A stretch of 64,000 nt of DNA from Rhodobacterales bacterium (GTDB lineage: Bacteria; Pseudomonadota; Alphaproteobacteria; Rhodobacterales; Rhodobacteraceae), in contig JASFZB010000007.1 of assembly GCA_045046705.1 (NCBI GenBank), forward strand, positions 438-64,437. The letters run 5' to 3'. The position numbers and the translations under genes were made by a program. Below are positions 50,133-60,532 of this stretch, one piece after another (within the stretch, counting starts at the first letter, position 1; every line of letters begins with the position of its first letter). The notes under the pieces were generated by a model, which was not told the origin of the DNA, ran no database searches, and was given only the letters and a program-made list of their open reading frames with translations.

Positions 50133-50249
50133 ATATCGCCCTCCTCGTGTTACCAAAAAGAACGACACACACCTTTTTACGCTCACTGCGTGTCCACTTG
50201 AGCTTGCGCATTTGGCGCATTAATCGCGATTCGGTCAAGTCGTGGACGA

Positions 50250-51242
50250 TTAGGGTTTACTGAAAACCCCCGTCAATGCCCGCTTCATGATCCCCGTCAC
50301 TGACGGTTTAGGCCTTATGTGAAACCGCATTGGCCGACACAGCTCCATCGCGGCCACACCGACACGCACGGTCAAAGCCCCGTTGATAACCCCTTCACCA
50401 AAACGGCGCGACAGTTTCGAGATAACACTGCCGCCCGCAATCGAGCCTATCATATCGTCGCCAATAGCCACCGCCCCTGTCGCCACCAGATGCGCGGCAA
50501 CCGCACGCATCAAACGCAATGAGCCAAAAAATCCTGACCGCCCGCCATAAATCCCGGCAATGCGGCGGATCATGCGCATGTTTACGCTCAAGGCTACAAC
50601 CACATCGGCCAGTGCCAGCGGAATTATTGCCGTCGCCGTTGCCACCTGACGGCCAGAGGTTTCAATGACGCTGACCGCCTGCTTGTCCAGCTCGGCCACA
50701 ACGGTGCTTTCCACCAAGGCCATATGCGCATCCGCATCCAGTATGTCTGTCGCCTGATCCTTAAGCTTGCCAAACGCCCAGCGCAAATCCTGCCTGCCCT
50801 GATAAAGCTGCGCCAGTTGATCGGAATATCTGCGGGCTGCGGGTAAATCATCGCGATCAAAAACCAGGCGGGCAGTTTGGCGTAAAGCATCCATACGCCG
50901 CAACCGCGCAAAACCTGCAAGTTCGCGGCCCGCGTAAAACAACAGCCCCAGAACAAACAAGCCGGTCAGGGCAAACGCCAGCCGCCCCAGCCAAAGATTG
51001 CGCGCCATCATGCCGGTCACAAAATCCCAAAATGCCAGCGAAATCACGAAACCGGCAAGAGCCACCAGCACGGTGGTGAAAAGCCGCCCCATATAGGACG
51101 GTTTTTGTACCGCCACGCGGGGCTGCGCAAGCTGCAACGCATTTTGTCCCTCTTCGGGCACCGCAGGCACATCCGCAGGGCTTGGCCGCACATTCTTTTT
51201 GTTGGCCGGTTCCAGCGCGATCACAACAGATTTTTTCTTCAT
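50250..51242 (-). CDS. ycjF: YcjF-family (TIGR01620) membrane protein
   Basis: QVATATAIIPLALADV, IAGIYGGRSG and RRFGEGVINGALTVRVG motifs. Confidence 0.9.
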   Translation of the reverse strand: MKKKSVVIALEPANKKNVRPSPADVPAVPEEGQNALQLAQPRVAVQKPSYMGRLFTTVLVALAGFVISLAFWDFVTGMMARNLWLGRLAFALTGLFVLGLLFYAGRELAGFARLRRMDALRQTARLVFDRDDLPAARRYSDQLAQLYQGRQDLRWAFGKLKDQATDILDADAHMALVESTVVAELDKQAVSVIETSGRQVATATAIIPLALADVVVALSVNMRMIRRIAGIYGGRSGFFGSLRLMRAVAAHLVATGAVAIGDDMIGSIAGGSVISKLSRRFGEGVINGALTVRVGVAAMELCRPMRFHIRPKPSVTGIMKRALTGVFSKP

Positions 51243-52654
51243 CTCAACCGATCTCCCAACAAAAACTCTGCCGCTTTGTCCAGCCGGATATGCGGCGGCC
51301 CGCCCCCCGGCTTCAGACTGATCTTCGCAGGCGCAAACTTCATTACCGTATAATCCGCATCCAGCCAGTTTTTCACCCCTTCAGCCGCCGCATTCAGGAT
51401 CTCGCCCGGATCATCCGGCAACTCTCCTGCATACATCGCTACCTCTTTGCCGGTATCCAAAAGCGTACCGCGCACACAGTCCAGCACCTGACCGTTATGG
51501 TCATGGGCTTCCTCGACCGTGGCCCGCAGGCTTGCCAACGCTATGCTGTCCGTTTCAGCCCCCGAGAATGCCGCACGATCACGCGCCTCGCGCAGCAAGG
51601 CTTGCATCAAAGCAGTCAGTTTCGCATGTTGGGTATGATGCAAATAATCCGCCTTGGTGGCCGCAAACAGGATTTTTTCCACCCGTCGCTTGCCCAAAAC
51701 CGTCGACAACCAAATGTTGCGCCCAGGCTTGAACGCTTGCAACACATCCGCCATCGCCAGCCGCAAATCCGCCACCGCAGGCGGCCCGTCATGCACCGCC
51801 CCAAGCGCGTCAACCAGCACGATCTGGCGGTCGATCCTGGCAAAATGATCACGAAAGAACGGCTTGACCACCTTGGCCTTATAGGCCTCATAGCGTCGTG
51901 AAAATTCGCGGTAAAGCGAGCCACGCTTGTTTGCTGTTTCAGGCAGCGGACAAAACGTCAACGCAGGCGAGCCGTCCAGATCACCGGGCATCAAAAATCG
52001 CCCCGGCGCGCAGGCCGAATAGCCCGCATTACGGGCAGACGCCAGATAATCGGTAAAGCCTTTTGCCAGCCACTGCCCGGCCAATTCGTCCAACGGTGCG
52101 CTTGCATCCACATTGGCCAGCAAATTCAGGAACCTTTGCGATTGTTCTTCGCGCTTTTTAGCCAGGGCCAAAGCCTGCCGCGACCATTCCTTGAAACTCA
52201 GTTCCATTAGTGGCAAATCCAGCAACCATTCGCCGGGATAGTCCACAATATCCAGATGCACCACACGCGGGCGGCGAAATGCACCGATTATGCCCGTTGG
52301 CTGTACCCGAAACGACAGCCGCAACTGGCTGATCGACCGGGTCGATTGCGGCCAGCGCGGGCGTGCCCCGGTCATTGCCGCCAAATGTGCCTCATATTCA
52401 AAACGTGGCACCGTATCATCGGGCTGCGGCTGCAAAAAAGCCGACGAAATCCGCCCTTCGGCCGCAGCCCTTAACTGCGGCATCCGCCCCCGATCCAGCA
52501 AGTTTGCCACCAGCGAGGTAATAAACACCGTTTTTCCCGAGCGCGACAAACCCGTCACACCAAGCCGGATCACCGGTTCGAACAGGCTTGCAGACACGCT
52601 GTCTGCAACCCGCTCTGCCTTGCGCGCAATACCGTCTATTACCGACCCGATCAT
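51239..52654 (-). CDS. ycjX: YcjX-family P-loop protein
   Basis: [32 protein letters not shown] and [10 protein letters not shown] motifs; start uncertain. Confidence 0.92.
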   Translation of the reverse strand: MIGSVIDGIARKAERVADSVSASLFEPVIRLGVTGLSRSGKTVFITSLVANLLDRGRMPQLRAAAEGRISSAFLQPQPDDTVPRFEYEAHLAAMTGARPRWPQSTRSISQLRLSFRVQPTGIIGAFRRPRVVHLDIVDYPGEWLLDLPLMELSFKEWSRQALALAKKREEQSQRFLNLLANVDASAPLDELAGQWLAKGFTDYLASARNAGYSACAPGRFLMPGDLDGSPALTFCPLPETANKRGSLYREFSRRYEAYKAKVVKPFFRDHFARIDRQIVLVDALGAVHDGPPAVADLRLAMADVLQAFKPGRNIWLSTVLGKRRVEKILFAATKADYLHHTQHAKLTALMQALLREARDRAAFSGAETDSIALASLRATVEEAHDHNGQVLDCVRGTLLDTGKEVAMYAGELPDDPGEILNAAAEGVKNWLDADYTVMKFAPAKISLKPGGGPPHIRLDKAAEFLLGDRLR

Positions 52655-52759
52655 CCCAGTCCGTGTCCCTTTCATCATACCCCGCCACTTAATCACAGAT
52701 TTCAGCATTTTACAGGGGGGGTCTTGGCAAAATCATTCCGACAAGGTAACGCTGCCGCC

Positions 52760-53527
52760 ATGCCCAGATATGCTTTGAAAATCGAATACCACGGCAAGCC
52801 CTTTGCGGGTTGGCAAAAACAGCGGGACGCGCCTTCTGTGCAGCAAGCTATCGAGCAGGCACTGCAAAAGCTGGAACCGGATTGTGTAAGCGTTCAGGGC
52901 GCCGGGCGCACCGATGCGGGGGTTCACGCATTGGCCCAAGTTGCCCATGTGGATCTAAAGTCCGACTGGCAAGCGTTTCGCCTGTCTGAAGCCCTGAATT
53001 ACCATCTTAAACCAAACCCGATTGCCATATTACAAGCCGCCCGCGTCGCGGATGATTTTCACGCCCGTTTTGACGCAACCAAGCGCACATACACATTCCG
53101 CCTGTTATCACGCCGCGCCCCTGCCACCCATGATGCAGGCCTTGTCTGGCAAATCAACCACCCGCTTGATGTGGCCGACATGCAGCAAGCCGCCAATCAT
53201 CTGCTGGGAAAACACGACTTCACCACTTTCCGGTCCACCATCTGTCAGGCCAAATCCCCGATCAAGACGCTTGATGCGCTGGACATCACCGAACACGCCC
53301 GCCCCCACGGCACCGAATACCGGTTTATCATCCGCGCCCGCAGCTTTTTGCACAATCAGGTGCGCAGCTTTGTCGGCACATTGGCCCGCGTCGGTACAGG
53401 CCGTTGGGCACCCATCAAGGTCAAACACGCACTTGAGGCCACCGACCGCGCCGCCTGCGGCCCGGTTTGCCCCCCGCACGGGTTGTATCTGGCAAAGGTC
53501 ACCTACCCCGACGACCCGTTCAAATAA
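52760..53527 (+). CDS. truA: tRNA pseudouridine(38-40) synthase
   Basis: [26 protein letters not shown] and PPHGLYL motifs. Confidence 0.96.
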   Translation: MPRYALKIEYHGKPFAGWQKQRDAPSVQQAIEQALQKLEPDCVSVQGAGRTDAGVHALAQVAHVDLKSDWQAFRLSEALNYHLKPNPIAILQAARVADDFHARFDATKRTYTFRLLSRRAPATHDAGLVWQINHPLDVADMQQAANHLLGKHDFTTFRSTICQAKSPIKTLDALDITEHARPHGTEYRFIIRARSFLHNQVRSFVGTLARVGTGRWAPIKVKHALEATDRAACGPVCPPHGLYLAKVTYPDDPFK

Positions 53528-53573
53528 CCGGCGATCAATTCTGGGTAAGCACCCATCCCAAAGCCGAAATTTG

Positions 53574-53894
53574 CTGTATCATCGGCACCATGCACCCTCA
53601 GGGAAACACCTGTCCAATCCAACGGAAGTGCCCGATGAAACCGCTTCTGACAGCCCTGACAATCGTCTTTCTGCTGCCCCTTTATAGGCCACATCTCGTA
53701 GACTGGCGGCACATGCTATTCTTGTTCATCTCGAACAGTTGATTGGGCGATAAAGCGCGTTACACAAGAAGAAGAAATCGCGGCTTGTTAACACAAATGA
53801 AAACTTTGTCGGCATAGATGCCGGGAAACGCGAACTGGTTGTTGCGATTGTCGGCGTTAACCATATTTGGACGGAGGACAACACCGCCAAAGGC
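53574..53894 (+). mobile_element. Decayed IS110-family element: structured non-coding end plus frameshifted, truncated transposase start
   Basis: Frame at 53796 reads NENFVGIDAGKRELVVAIVGVNHIWTEDNTAKG (IS110 RuvC-like GIDxxK start). The ATG at 53797 is one base out of frame. The upstream 220 bp contain nested inverted repeats. Confidence 0.6.
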
Positions 53895-53915
53895 AATATC
53901 AACGCAAAAGCCGGT

Positions 53916-53938
53916 ACATTGGTGATCCGCACCAATGT
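53916..53938. terminator. Hairpin ACATTGGTG-ATCCG-CACCAATGT, probable MATE terminator
   Basis: Perfect 9-bp stem 6 bp beyond the MATE stop. Confidence 0.55.
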
Positions 53939-53944
53939 CACTTT

Positions 53945-55294
53945 TCATGGGCTTATCCAGTTTCGCGTCCAGAACCGGTAGTTCAACAATATCGCCGCCA
54001 GACCCAAACCGCCAACCAAACCCGCCCAAATACCGACCGCACCATAGCCCCAGACAAAACCGAACATATAGCCTGCGGGCAGGCCGACAATCCAGTAGCT
54101 GATGAAGGCAAGGATAAGCGGCACACGCGCATCCTGCACACCGCGCAACAGCCCCAACGCCATCACTTGCAAACTGTCAGCCACCTGAAACAGTGCCGCC
54201 ATTGCCATCAGGCTGACACCGATCGCCAGAATTTGATCCCTAGCGGCCTCATTACGGTCTAAAAACACCCCGATCAGCGTGTCGGGGATGCTCAGGAACA
54301 CCACAACGATGATGCTGGCAAAGCTCAAGGACATTGCCCCTGCCACCAACCCGCCACGGCGCAGACCGCCCGCGTCCTTGCGCCCCACCGCACGCCCGGC
54401 GCGTACCGTTGCTGCATTCGACAGCCCGACATGCACCATAAAAGTCACCGCCCCCCATTGCAGCGCAATACCGTGGGCCGCCAGTTGCAAGGTGCCGACC
54501 CAGCCCATCATAATCGCGGTGGCACTGAACAGGGCGGTTTCCGCCAGATTTGTCAACCCGATAGGCCAGCCAAGGCGAAACACCTGCCCGAAAGCCGCCG
54601 AATCGAACCGCCAGATACGCTGGAACAACGCGTGCTGCGGCATCTTTCGCACAGCATAAACCGCGAGCAGCGGAAAACTAAGGGTTTGCATCAAGGCCGA
54701 GGCCGTTGCCGCGCCGCGAATACCCATCTCCGGCGCCCCCCAATGGCCGAAAATCAGGGCATAATTCAGCACCCCGTTCAACACCGCCCCCGCCAACGTC
54801 ACCCACAAAACCACTTGTGCGCGCTCCAGAGCTGCCAAATAGCTTTTCAACACCATAATAAACAGGCTCGGCAGCATACCAAATGCGGCGATACGCAGAT
54901 AGTTCTGCGCAAACCCTGCCACGACAGCGTCTTGCCCCAAAGCCAGCAACCACGCTTTCGACCACCACATAAACGGCCATGCCACAATCATATAAAACGC
55001 CGAGGCCCAAAGCCCCATGCGTGTCACCCGGCGCACTTGCGCGTCATCGCCCGCACTGGCCGCATTGGCTACCATCGGCATCACCGCAAATGCAAATCCC
55101 GCGCCAACAATAAAAAGTAGAAAAAACATCGAAGACGCCAGAACAATTGCGGCCAATTCTTCGACCCCGTACCAGCCCATCATAACCGTATCGGTCATCT
55201 GAATGGCCATTTGCGCAATGTGGCTGCCGATCAACGGCAGCCCCAATATCAGCACCGCTTTAGCGTGCCCGGTATATGTTAGTGGATGGTTCAT
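53945..55294 (-). CDS. MATE-family efflux transporter (NorM-like)
   Basis: LGLPLIGSHIAQ, TDTVMMGW, RLGWPIG, AAHGIALQ and LRGVQDARVP motifs. Confidence 0.92.
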   Translation of the reverse strand: MNHPLTYTGHAKAVLILGLPLIGSHIAQMAIQMTDTVMMGWYGVEELAAIVLASSMFFLLFIVGAGFAFAVMPMVANAASAGDDAQVRRVTRMGLWASAFYMIVAWPFMWWSKAWLLALGQDAVVAGFAQNYLRIAAFGMLPSLFIMVLKSYLAALERAQVVLWVTLAGAVLNGVLNYALIFGHWGAPEMGIRGAATASALMQTLSFPLLAVYAVRKMPQHALFQRIWRFDSAAFGQVFRLGWPIGLTNLAETALFSATAIMMGWVGTLQLAAHGIALQWGAVTFMVHVGLSNAATVRAGRAVGRKDAGGLRRGGLVAGAMSLSFASIIVVVFLSIPDTLIGVFLDRNEAARDQILAIGVSLMAMAALFQVADSLQVMALGLLRGVQDARVPLILAFISYWIVGLPAGYMFGFVWGYGAVGIWAGLVGGLGLAAILLNYRFWTRNWISP

Positions 55295-55368
55295 CCGCTA
55301 GGGCTTAGGGTAAAGATACCGCTTCGGCAAGCTTAGGGATGAACCCCGCGCCGCCGCCGTTTTCGATC

Positions 55369-55890
55369 TTAAGGGTTGTTATGAACCACGCCCAACCCAT
55401 TTAGACTAACCGTCACAGGACCAAAGGATTTATGCGTGCCCTCATTCGGGTAGCGCAACCATGCTTTCACACCTTGCCGATACAGATTAGCCCGCCTGCC
55501 AGATGTAATATTACCTGCGCTTAGTCGCTGTAATTCGGCCTGAAGCCGGGCTTTGCGGGTCGCTTTGGTGTCCAGTTTGGCCATATCCTGCAACAAAGCC
55601 TGTGCCGCATGGCGATCACTTAGCATCATCGTCACAACACGCTTCGCCATCGGCTCGTAAAACCCGTTGATCCGGTAATTTGTCAAATAGGTAAGTTCTG
55701 ACCGATTAAGCTGCAAAAACGCATCTTGTGAATAACGCACAGCATCAACCCAGTGATGTTGCGCTTCATTGTTGCGGCTGCCATGGTTGCCAGCTGTACC
55801 TGCAAATGCGCTATACGGAAAAACCGCCAAACCCATTGCCAGCATACCGGGTATGATGAAGTTTTTGCGAAGAGTGTTCTTATTTGTCAT
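55369..55890 (-). CDS. Hypothetical secreted protein
   Basis: Signal peptide (..IPGMLAMGLAVFPYSAFA); no recognisable domain; start uncertain. Confidence 0.55.
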   Translation of the reverse strand: MTNKNTLRKNFIIPGMLAMGLAVFPYSAFAGTAGNHGSRNNEAQHHWVDAVRYSQDAFLQLNRSELTYLTNYRINGFYEPMAKRVVTMMLSDRHAAQALLQDMAKLDTKATRKARLQAELQRLSAGNITSGRRANLYRQGVKAWLRYPNEGTHKSFGPVTVSLNGLGVVHNNP

Positions 55891-56038
55891 GGGAGTCCCA
55901 CCTTTAATATTTACAGTCGATGCGCCCATTTATGGTTTACCCACGATGAAAATCAGATGCAATCGGAAACTCGCACGATCACCGGATATTGATACCATTG
56001 GCAAAATTCTGCCGAATACATAAATCAAGGGGATGAAA

Positions 56039-56113
56039 TGGTGCTGCAAGGGAGAATTGAACTCCCGACCTCGTCATTACCAATGACGCGCTCTACCACT
56101 GAGCTACTGCAGC
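56039..56113 (-). tRNA. tRNA-Thr(GGT)
   Basis: Reverse complement gives GCTGCAG...TTGCAGC-ACCA; anticodon arm CGTCA-TTGGTAA-TGACG. Confidence 0.96.
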
Positions 56114-56199
56114 ACGCTGATGGGCCGCGTTTTATCGCAATAAACACAAAACGCAAGCGGTAACTAGACCCTGCGCCAACCTTATTGTAAAGGGGGGCC

Positions 56200-56343
56200 A
56201 TGAGCACCAAAAAACGCCCGATGACAGATAAAGAAAAGGCCGCAGCGGATCGCGCTGAACGGCTGCGCAAGCAATTACGCGACAATCTACGTCGGCGCAA
56301 AGCCCAAACCCGCGCCCGCAAAGCAACAGATACCAAAGGATAA
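56200..56343 (+). CDS. 47-aa basic protein upstream of murA (not in ORF track)
   Basis: AAAGGGGGG RBS; MSTKKRPMTDKEKAAADRAERLRKQLRDNLRRRKAQTRARKATDTKG; LRDNLRRRKAQ motif recalled as conserved before alphaproteobacterial murA. Confidence 0.7.
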   Translation: MSTKKRPMTDKEKAAADRAERLRKQLRDNLRRRKAQTRARKATDTKG

Positions 56344-56349
56344 ATAGCC

Positions 56350-57615
56350 ATGGATTCGATCATAGTGCGCGGCGGCGGCCCGCTGTCGGGCGAAATAACC
56401 ATTGCAGGCGCAAAAAATGCCGCTCTCACCTTGATGCCCGCCACATTGCTGACCGACCAGCCGCTGACGCTGACCAATGTACCACGCCTGTCCGACATAA
56501 AAACCACCAACGCCCTACTGTCATCGCTTGGCACCGAAATTGCCGTGCTGCAAGACGGCCAGATCATCGTTCTGGACACGCATGAGATCACCAACCACAC
56601 CGCAGATTACGACATCGTGCGCAAAATGCGCGCCTCGATTCTGGTGCTTGGCCCGATGCTGGCACGCGATGGTCAGGCCATTGTCTCGTTGCCGGGCGGA
56701 TGCGCTATCGGGGCGCGCCCGGTGGACTTGCACCTTAAAGGGCTGGAAGCCATGGGGGCAACAATCGAGCTGAAACAGGGCTACATCCACGCCTCGGCCA
56801 AGGGCGGCCTGAAAGGGGCGTTGATAGACTTCCCCTTCGCCTCGGTGGGGGCCACCGAAAACATCCTGATGGCCGCTACTTTAGCCAAAGGCACTACCCT
56901 GATCAAAAATGCCGCCCGCGAACCCGAGATCGTCGATCTTGCCGATTGCCTGCGCAAAATGGGAGCGCAAATCAGCGGCGACGGCAGCCCCGAGATCATC
57001 ATAGAAGGTGTTGAAAAGCTGCATGGCACCACCCACGCCGTTGTTACCGACCGTATCGAGCTGGGCACCTACATGCTGGCCCCGGTAATTGCCGGCGGCA
57101 CGGTTGAATTGATCGGCGGACGCATCAACCTGCTGGCCGCGTTTTGCGAAAAGCTTGATGAGGCGGGCATATCCGTCAGAGAAACCGAACGCGGTCTGAA
57201 AGTCACCGGCGGCAAGGGGCGCATCAGACCAGTAAATGTTGCCACCGCCCCCTACCCCGGCTTTCCCACCGACCTGCAAGCCCAGATGATGGCCGCCCTT
57301 TGCACTGCTGACGGCACATCCCAACTGGAAGAAACCATTTTTGAAAACCGCTTTATGCACGCGCCTGAACTGATCCGCATGGGCGCAAACATTGATGTGC
57401 ACGGCGGTCACGCCACCGTCACCGGCGTGAAAAAGCTCAAAGGTGCGCCGGTCATGGCCACGGATTTACGCGCCTCGGTATCGCTGATATTGGCGGGGCT
57501 TGCCGCAACAGGCGAAACCGTCGTTTCGCGCGTCTACCACCTTGATCGCGGCTATGAACAGCTTGTGCGCAAACTCGCCGCCTGCGGCGCCGACATCGAA
57601 AGGATTTCAACATAA
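56350..57615 (+). CDS. murA: UDP-N-acetylglucosamine 1-carboxyvinyltransferase
   Basis: [40 protein letters not shown] and TDLRAS motifs. Confidence 0.98.
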   Translation: MDSIIVRGGGPLSGEITIAGAKNAALTLMPATLLTDQPLTLTNVPRLSDIKTTNALLSSLGTEIAVLQDGQIIVLDTHEITNHTADYDIVRKMRASILVLGPMLARDGQAIVSLPGGCAIGARPVDLHLKGLEAMGATIELKQGYIHASAKGGLKGALIDFPFASVGATENILMAATLAKGTTLIKNAAREPEIVDLADCLRKMGAQISGDGSPEIIIEGVEKLHGTTHAVVTDRIELGTYMLAPVIAGGTVELIGGRINLLAAFCEKLDEAGISVRETERGLKVTGGKGRIRPVNVATAPYPGFPTDLQAQMMAALCTADGTSQLEETIFENRFMHAPELIRMGANIDVHGGHATVTGVKKLKGAPVMATDLRASVSLILAGLAATGETVVSRVYHLDRGYEQLVRKLAACGADIERIST

Positions 57616-58097
57616 TGGTTGAAGATGCACGCTTTGAAGACGGTGACGCGCAACCCTTGCGCTTGAAAGCCCGCGACGCGGATGATTTGAAAATCATTTC
57701 AACGCTTGTGCAAGACGCCGTTTTGCCGATGAAGGAAACCGCATGGCAGCCCGACCTGAAGCGTTTTGGCATGTTGTTGAACCGGTTTCGCTGGGAAGAC
57801 AAAACACAGGCAGAACAGGGCCATCGCGCTTATGAACGCGTGCAATCCTTACTGGTCATCGACAGTGTCGAAACCATCGCTTCAATGGGCATCGACCGCC
57901 ACAACAAAGACCAGATCATCTCGATCCTGTCGATTGATTTTGAAGCCGGGCCTGATGGCACCGGCAAGTTGATCTTCACACTTGCAGGCGACGGGGCATT
58001 GGCCCTCACAGTCGAATGTCTCGATGTCACCCTTAAAGACGTGACCAAACCCTATGCGGCAATTTCAAAATCCGCCCCCCAACACGCGCTGGACTAA
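57615..58097 (+). CDS. DUF2948-family protein
   Basis: LRLKARDADDLKIISTLVQDAV and NRFRWE motifs; position between murA and hisD. Confidence 0.88.
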   Translation: MVEDARFEDGDAQPLRLKARDADDLKIISTLVQDAVLPMKETAWQPDLKRFGMLLNRFRWEDKTQAEQGHRAYERVQSLLVIDSVETIASMGIDRHNKDQIISILSIDFEAGPDGTGKLIFTLAGDGALALTVECLDVTLKDVTKPYAAISKSAPQHALD

Positions 58098-58100
58098 TTT

Positions 58101-59414
58101 ATGCCCGTATTCCTGAACACCAAAGACGCCGGTTTCGAAGCGTCATTCACAACCTTTATCGGCAACAAGCGTGAAGCCACGCCCGAGGTCGACGACATCG
58201 TTGCCGCCATCATTCAAGATGTGCGCACCCGCGGCGATATGGCCGTGATCGCGCTGACCGCCAAATTCGACAACCTGCAGCTTACCCCCGAAACACTGGC
58301 CTTCACACCTGCCGAAATCGACGCGGCTATTGTAGAAGTCCCCGAATCCCAAGCCGAGGCATTGCGCCTGTCCGCTGACCGCATCCGCGCTTACCACGAA
58401 AAGCAATTGCCCGAAGACGCATGGTGGCAAGACGTCACAGGTGCGCATCTTGGCTGGCGCTGGTCGGCGGTGGAAGCCGCCGGTCTTTATGTGCCGGGCG
58501 GCCTTGCGTCTTATCCCTCGTCGGTTCTGATGAACGCCATTCCCGCCAAAGTCGCAGGCGTTGACCGGCTTTGCATCTGCGCCCCCACACCGAACGGCCA
58601 ATACAACCCGCTGGTGCTGATGGCCGCGCGTCTTGCCGGGGTCGAAACCGTTTACCGCATTGGCGGCGCACAAGCGATTGCGGCATTGGCTTACGGCACC
58701 GAAACAATCGCCAAAGTCGATAAAATCACCGGCCCTGGCAACGCCTATGTCGCCGCCGCCAAACGTCGCGTCTTTGGGCGCGTCGGCATCGACATGATCG
58801 CGGGGCCTTCCGAAATTCTGGTGATCGCCGACAAGGACAACAATCCCGACTGGATTGCGCTTGATATGCTCAGCCAGGCCGAACACGATGCAAGCGCGCA
58901 AGCCATCCTGATCACCGACAACCCGCAATTTGCAGATCAGGTTACCACCGCAATCAACGCGCACCTTGAAACTCTGGAACGCCGCAAAATCGCCGCCCGC
59001 AGTTGGCAAAATTTCGGTGCCGTCATCCTTGTCGACGACTTGGATCAAGCCGCCCAGCTTTCAGACCGCATTGCGCCTGAACATTTGGAACTCTGTGTTA
59101 GCGACGCCGAAACCTTCGCCCGCAAAATCCGCCACGCAGGCGCGATTTTCATCGGGGCATGGACCCCAGAGGCGATCGGTGATTATGTCGGTGGCCCCAA
59201 CCATGTGTTGCCCACCGCACGCTCTGCCAGATTTTCCTCCGGCCTGTCGGTTTTAGACTTTATGAAACGCACAACATTGTCCAAGATGACCCCGAACGCG
59301 CTTGCCGCCATCGGCCCTGCCGCCGAAACACTGGCAAACTCGGAAAGTTTGCAAGCTCACGGCCTGTCAGTGCGCACACGGCTGGATCAACTGAACGAAG
59401 GCGAAAATGGCTGA
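58101..59414 (+). CDS. hisD: Histidinol dehydrogenase
   Basis: GLYVPGG, GGAQAIAALAYG, GPGNAYV, IDMIAGPSE, SQAEHD, APEHLEL and GPNHVLPT motifs. Confidence 0.97.
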   Translation: MPVFLNTKDAGFEASFTTFIGNKREATPEVDDIVAAIIQDVRTRGDMAVIALTAKFDNLQLTPETLAFTPAEIDAAIVEVPESQAEALRLSADRIRAYHEKQLPEDAWWQDVTGAHLGWRWSAVEAAGLYVPGGLASYPSSVLMNAIPAKVAGVDRLCICAPTPNGQYNPLVLMAARLAGVETVYRIGGAQAIAALAYGTETIAKVDKITGPGNAYVAAAKRRVFGRVGIDMIAGPSEILVIADKDNNPDWIALDMLSQAEHDASAQAILITDNPQFADQVTTAINAHLETLERRKIAARSWQNFGAVILVDDLDQAAQLSDRIAPEHLELCVSDAETFARKIRHAGAIFIGAWTPEAIGDYVGGPNHVLPTARSARFSSGLSVLDFMKRTTLSKMTPNALAAIGPAAETLANSESLQAHGLSVRTRLDQLNEGENG

Positions 59415-59895
59415 TATATCCTACCTGACCCATATAGATCTGGATGATACCGGTCTGCCCGCGCCTACGCCCGAGGTGGATCAGGAACGCAAAATCGCGA
59501 TATATGACCTGCTTGAAGACAATGTTTTCGGCCTGCCTGCAAAAGACGACAAACCGGCACCGGGCGGCCCCTATAAACTGACCCTGTCGATCAAAGACAA
59601 ACGTCTGGTGTTTGATGTCATGACCGAACAGGGCGAAAAGGCGGCCGAGTTTCACTTGTCCCTGTCACCGTTTCGCGACACGATCAAAGACTACTTCCAG
59701 ATATGCGAAGCCTATTTCGACGCGGTAAAATCCATGCCCGCGGCCCAGATTGAGGCCATCGATATGGGGCGGCGCGGCATCCACAACGAAGGCGGGGTTT
59801 TGGTGCAGGAACGTCTTATGGGCAAAATCGAAACCGACAAGACCACGGCAAGGCGTCTGTTCACGCTGATCTGTGTCTTGCATTTCAGGGGGTAA
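59407..59895 (+). CDS. UPF0262-family protein
   Basis: EVDQERKIAIYDLLEDN, IDMGRRGIHNEG and ARRLFTLICVLH motifs. Confidence 0.9.
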   Translation: MADISYLTHIDLDDTGLPAPTPEVDQERKIAIYDLLEDNVFGLPAKDDKPAPGGPYKLTLSIKDKRLVFDVMTEQGEKAAEFHLSLSPFRDTIKDYFQICEAYFDAVKSMPAAQIEAIDMGRRGIHNEGGVLVQERLMGKIETDKTTARRLFTLICVLHFRG

Positions 59896-59898
59896 AGC

Positions 59899-60351
59899 AT
59901 GGCAGAGACCCCAAGTGCAGTGTTGTTTTGTTGTGATCACAACTCGATCCGTTCACCGATGGCCGAAGCCTTGATGAAAAACCTGGTAGGCACCCAGATA
60001 TTCGTGCAATCCGCAGGCGTTAAAAGCGATCACGACATCGACGGGTTTGCCGTTGCCGTTTGTCAGGAACTGGGCGTGGAGCTGTCCAAGCATACTGTCC
60101 GCTCATTCGAGGATCTTGAGGATTGGGGCGATCATCTGGCCAGCTTCGATCTGATAGTTGCCCTGTCCCCCACATCCCACATGCGGATCACCGAATTGAC
60201 AAAAAATCACGCGGTGGACGTGGAATACTGGAATACTGCGGATCCCACAGAAACCGGCCGCACCCGCGACGAAAAGCTGGCCTCATACCGCGCCGTGCGC
60301 GATGCCATCATCGCCAACATCAAACGGCGGTTTATGCAAACGGTTGACTAG
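59899..60351 (+). CDS. Low-molecular-weight phosphatase / ArsC-like protein
   Basis: VLFCCDHNSIRSPMAE P-loop (CX5R); DPT motif. Confidence 0.85.
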   Translation: MAETPSAVLFCCDHNSIRSPMAEALMKNLVGTQIFVQSAGVKSDHDIDGFAVAVCQELGVELSKHTVRSFEDLEDWGDHLASFDLIVALSPTSHMRITELTKNHAVDVEYWNTADPTETGRTRDEKLASYRAVRDAIIANIKRRFMQTVD

Positions 60352-60405
60352 GGTCAGGACCTATTAATCCTGCACCGTAGAGGCTGCATTTCAAATTTGT
60401 ATAAA

Positions 60406-60532
60406 TTAACCATCCTTAACAAAACCACCCTGAATTTTGCCATATCGCGTGACATACGCTTTCCACAGGCAAGTCATACCGGAGATATACCCCTGTTTTG
60501 CCCCTGACCTGTGGCAATTAACCTATGTTAAC
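60406..60532 (+). promoter_or_regulatory. Two TTAAC-N5-TTAAC direct-repeat sites upstream of infA
   Basis: TTAACCATCCTTAAC at 60406 and TTAACCTATGTTAAC at 60518. Confidence 0.4.

Noticed and set aside
59899-60351. Arsenic resistance island
   Set aside because: No arsR, arsB or acr3; the gene belongs to the widely conserved hisD-infA block.
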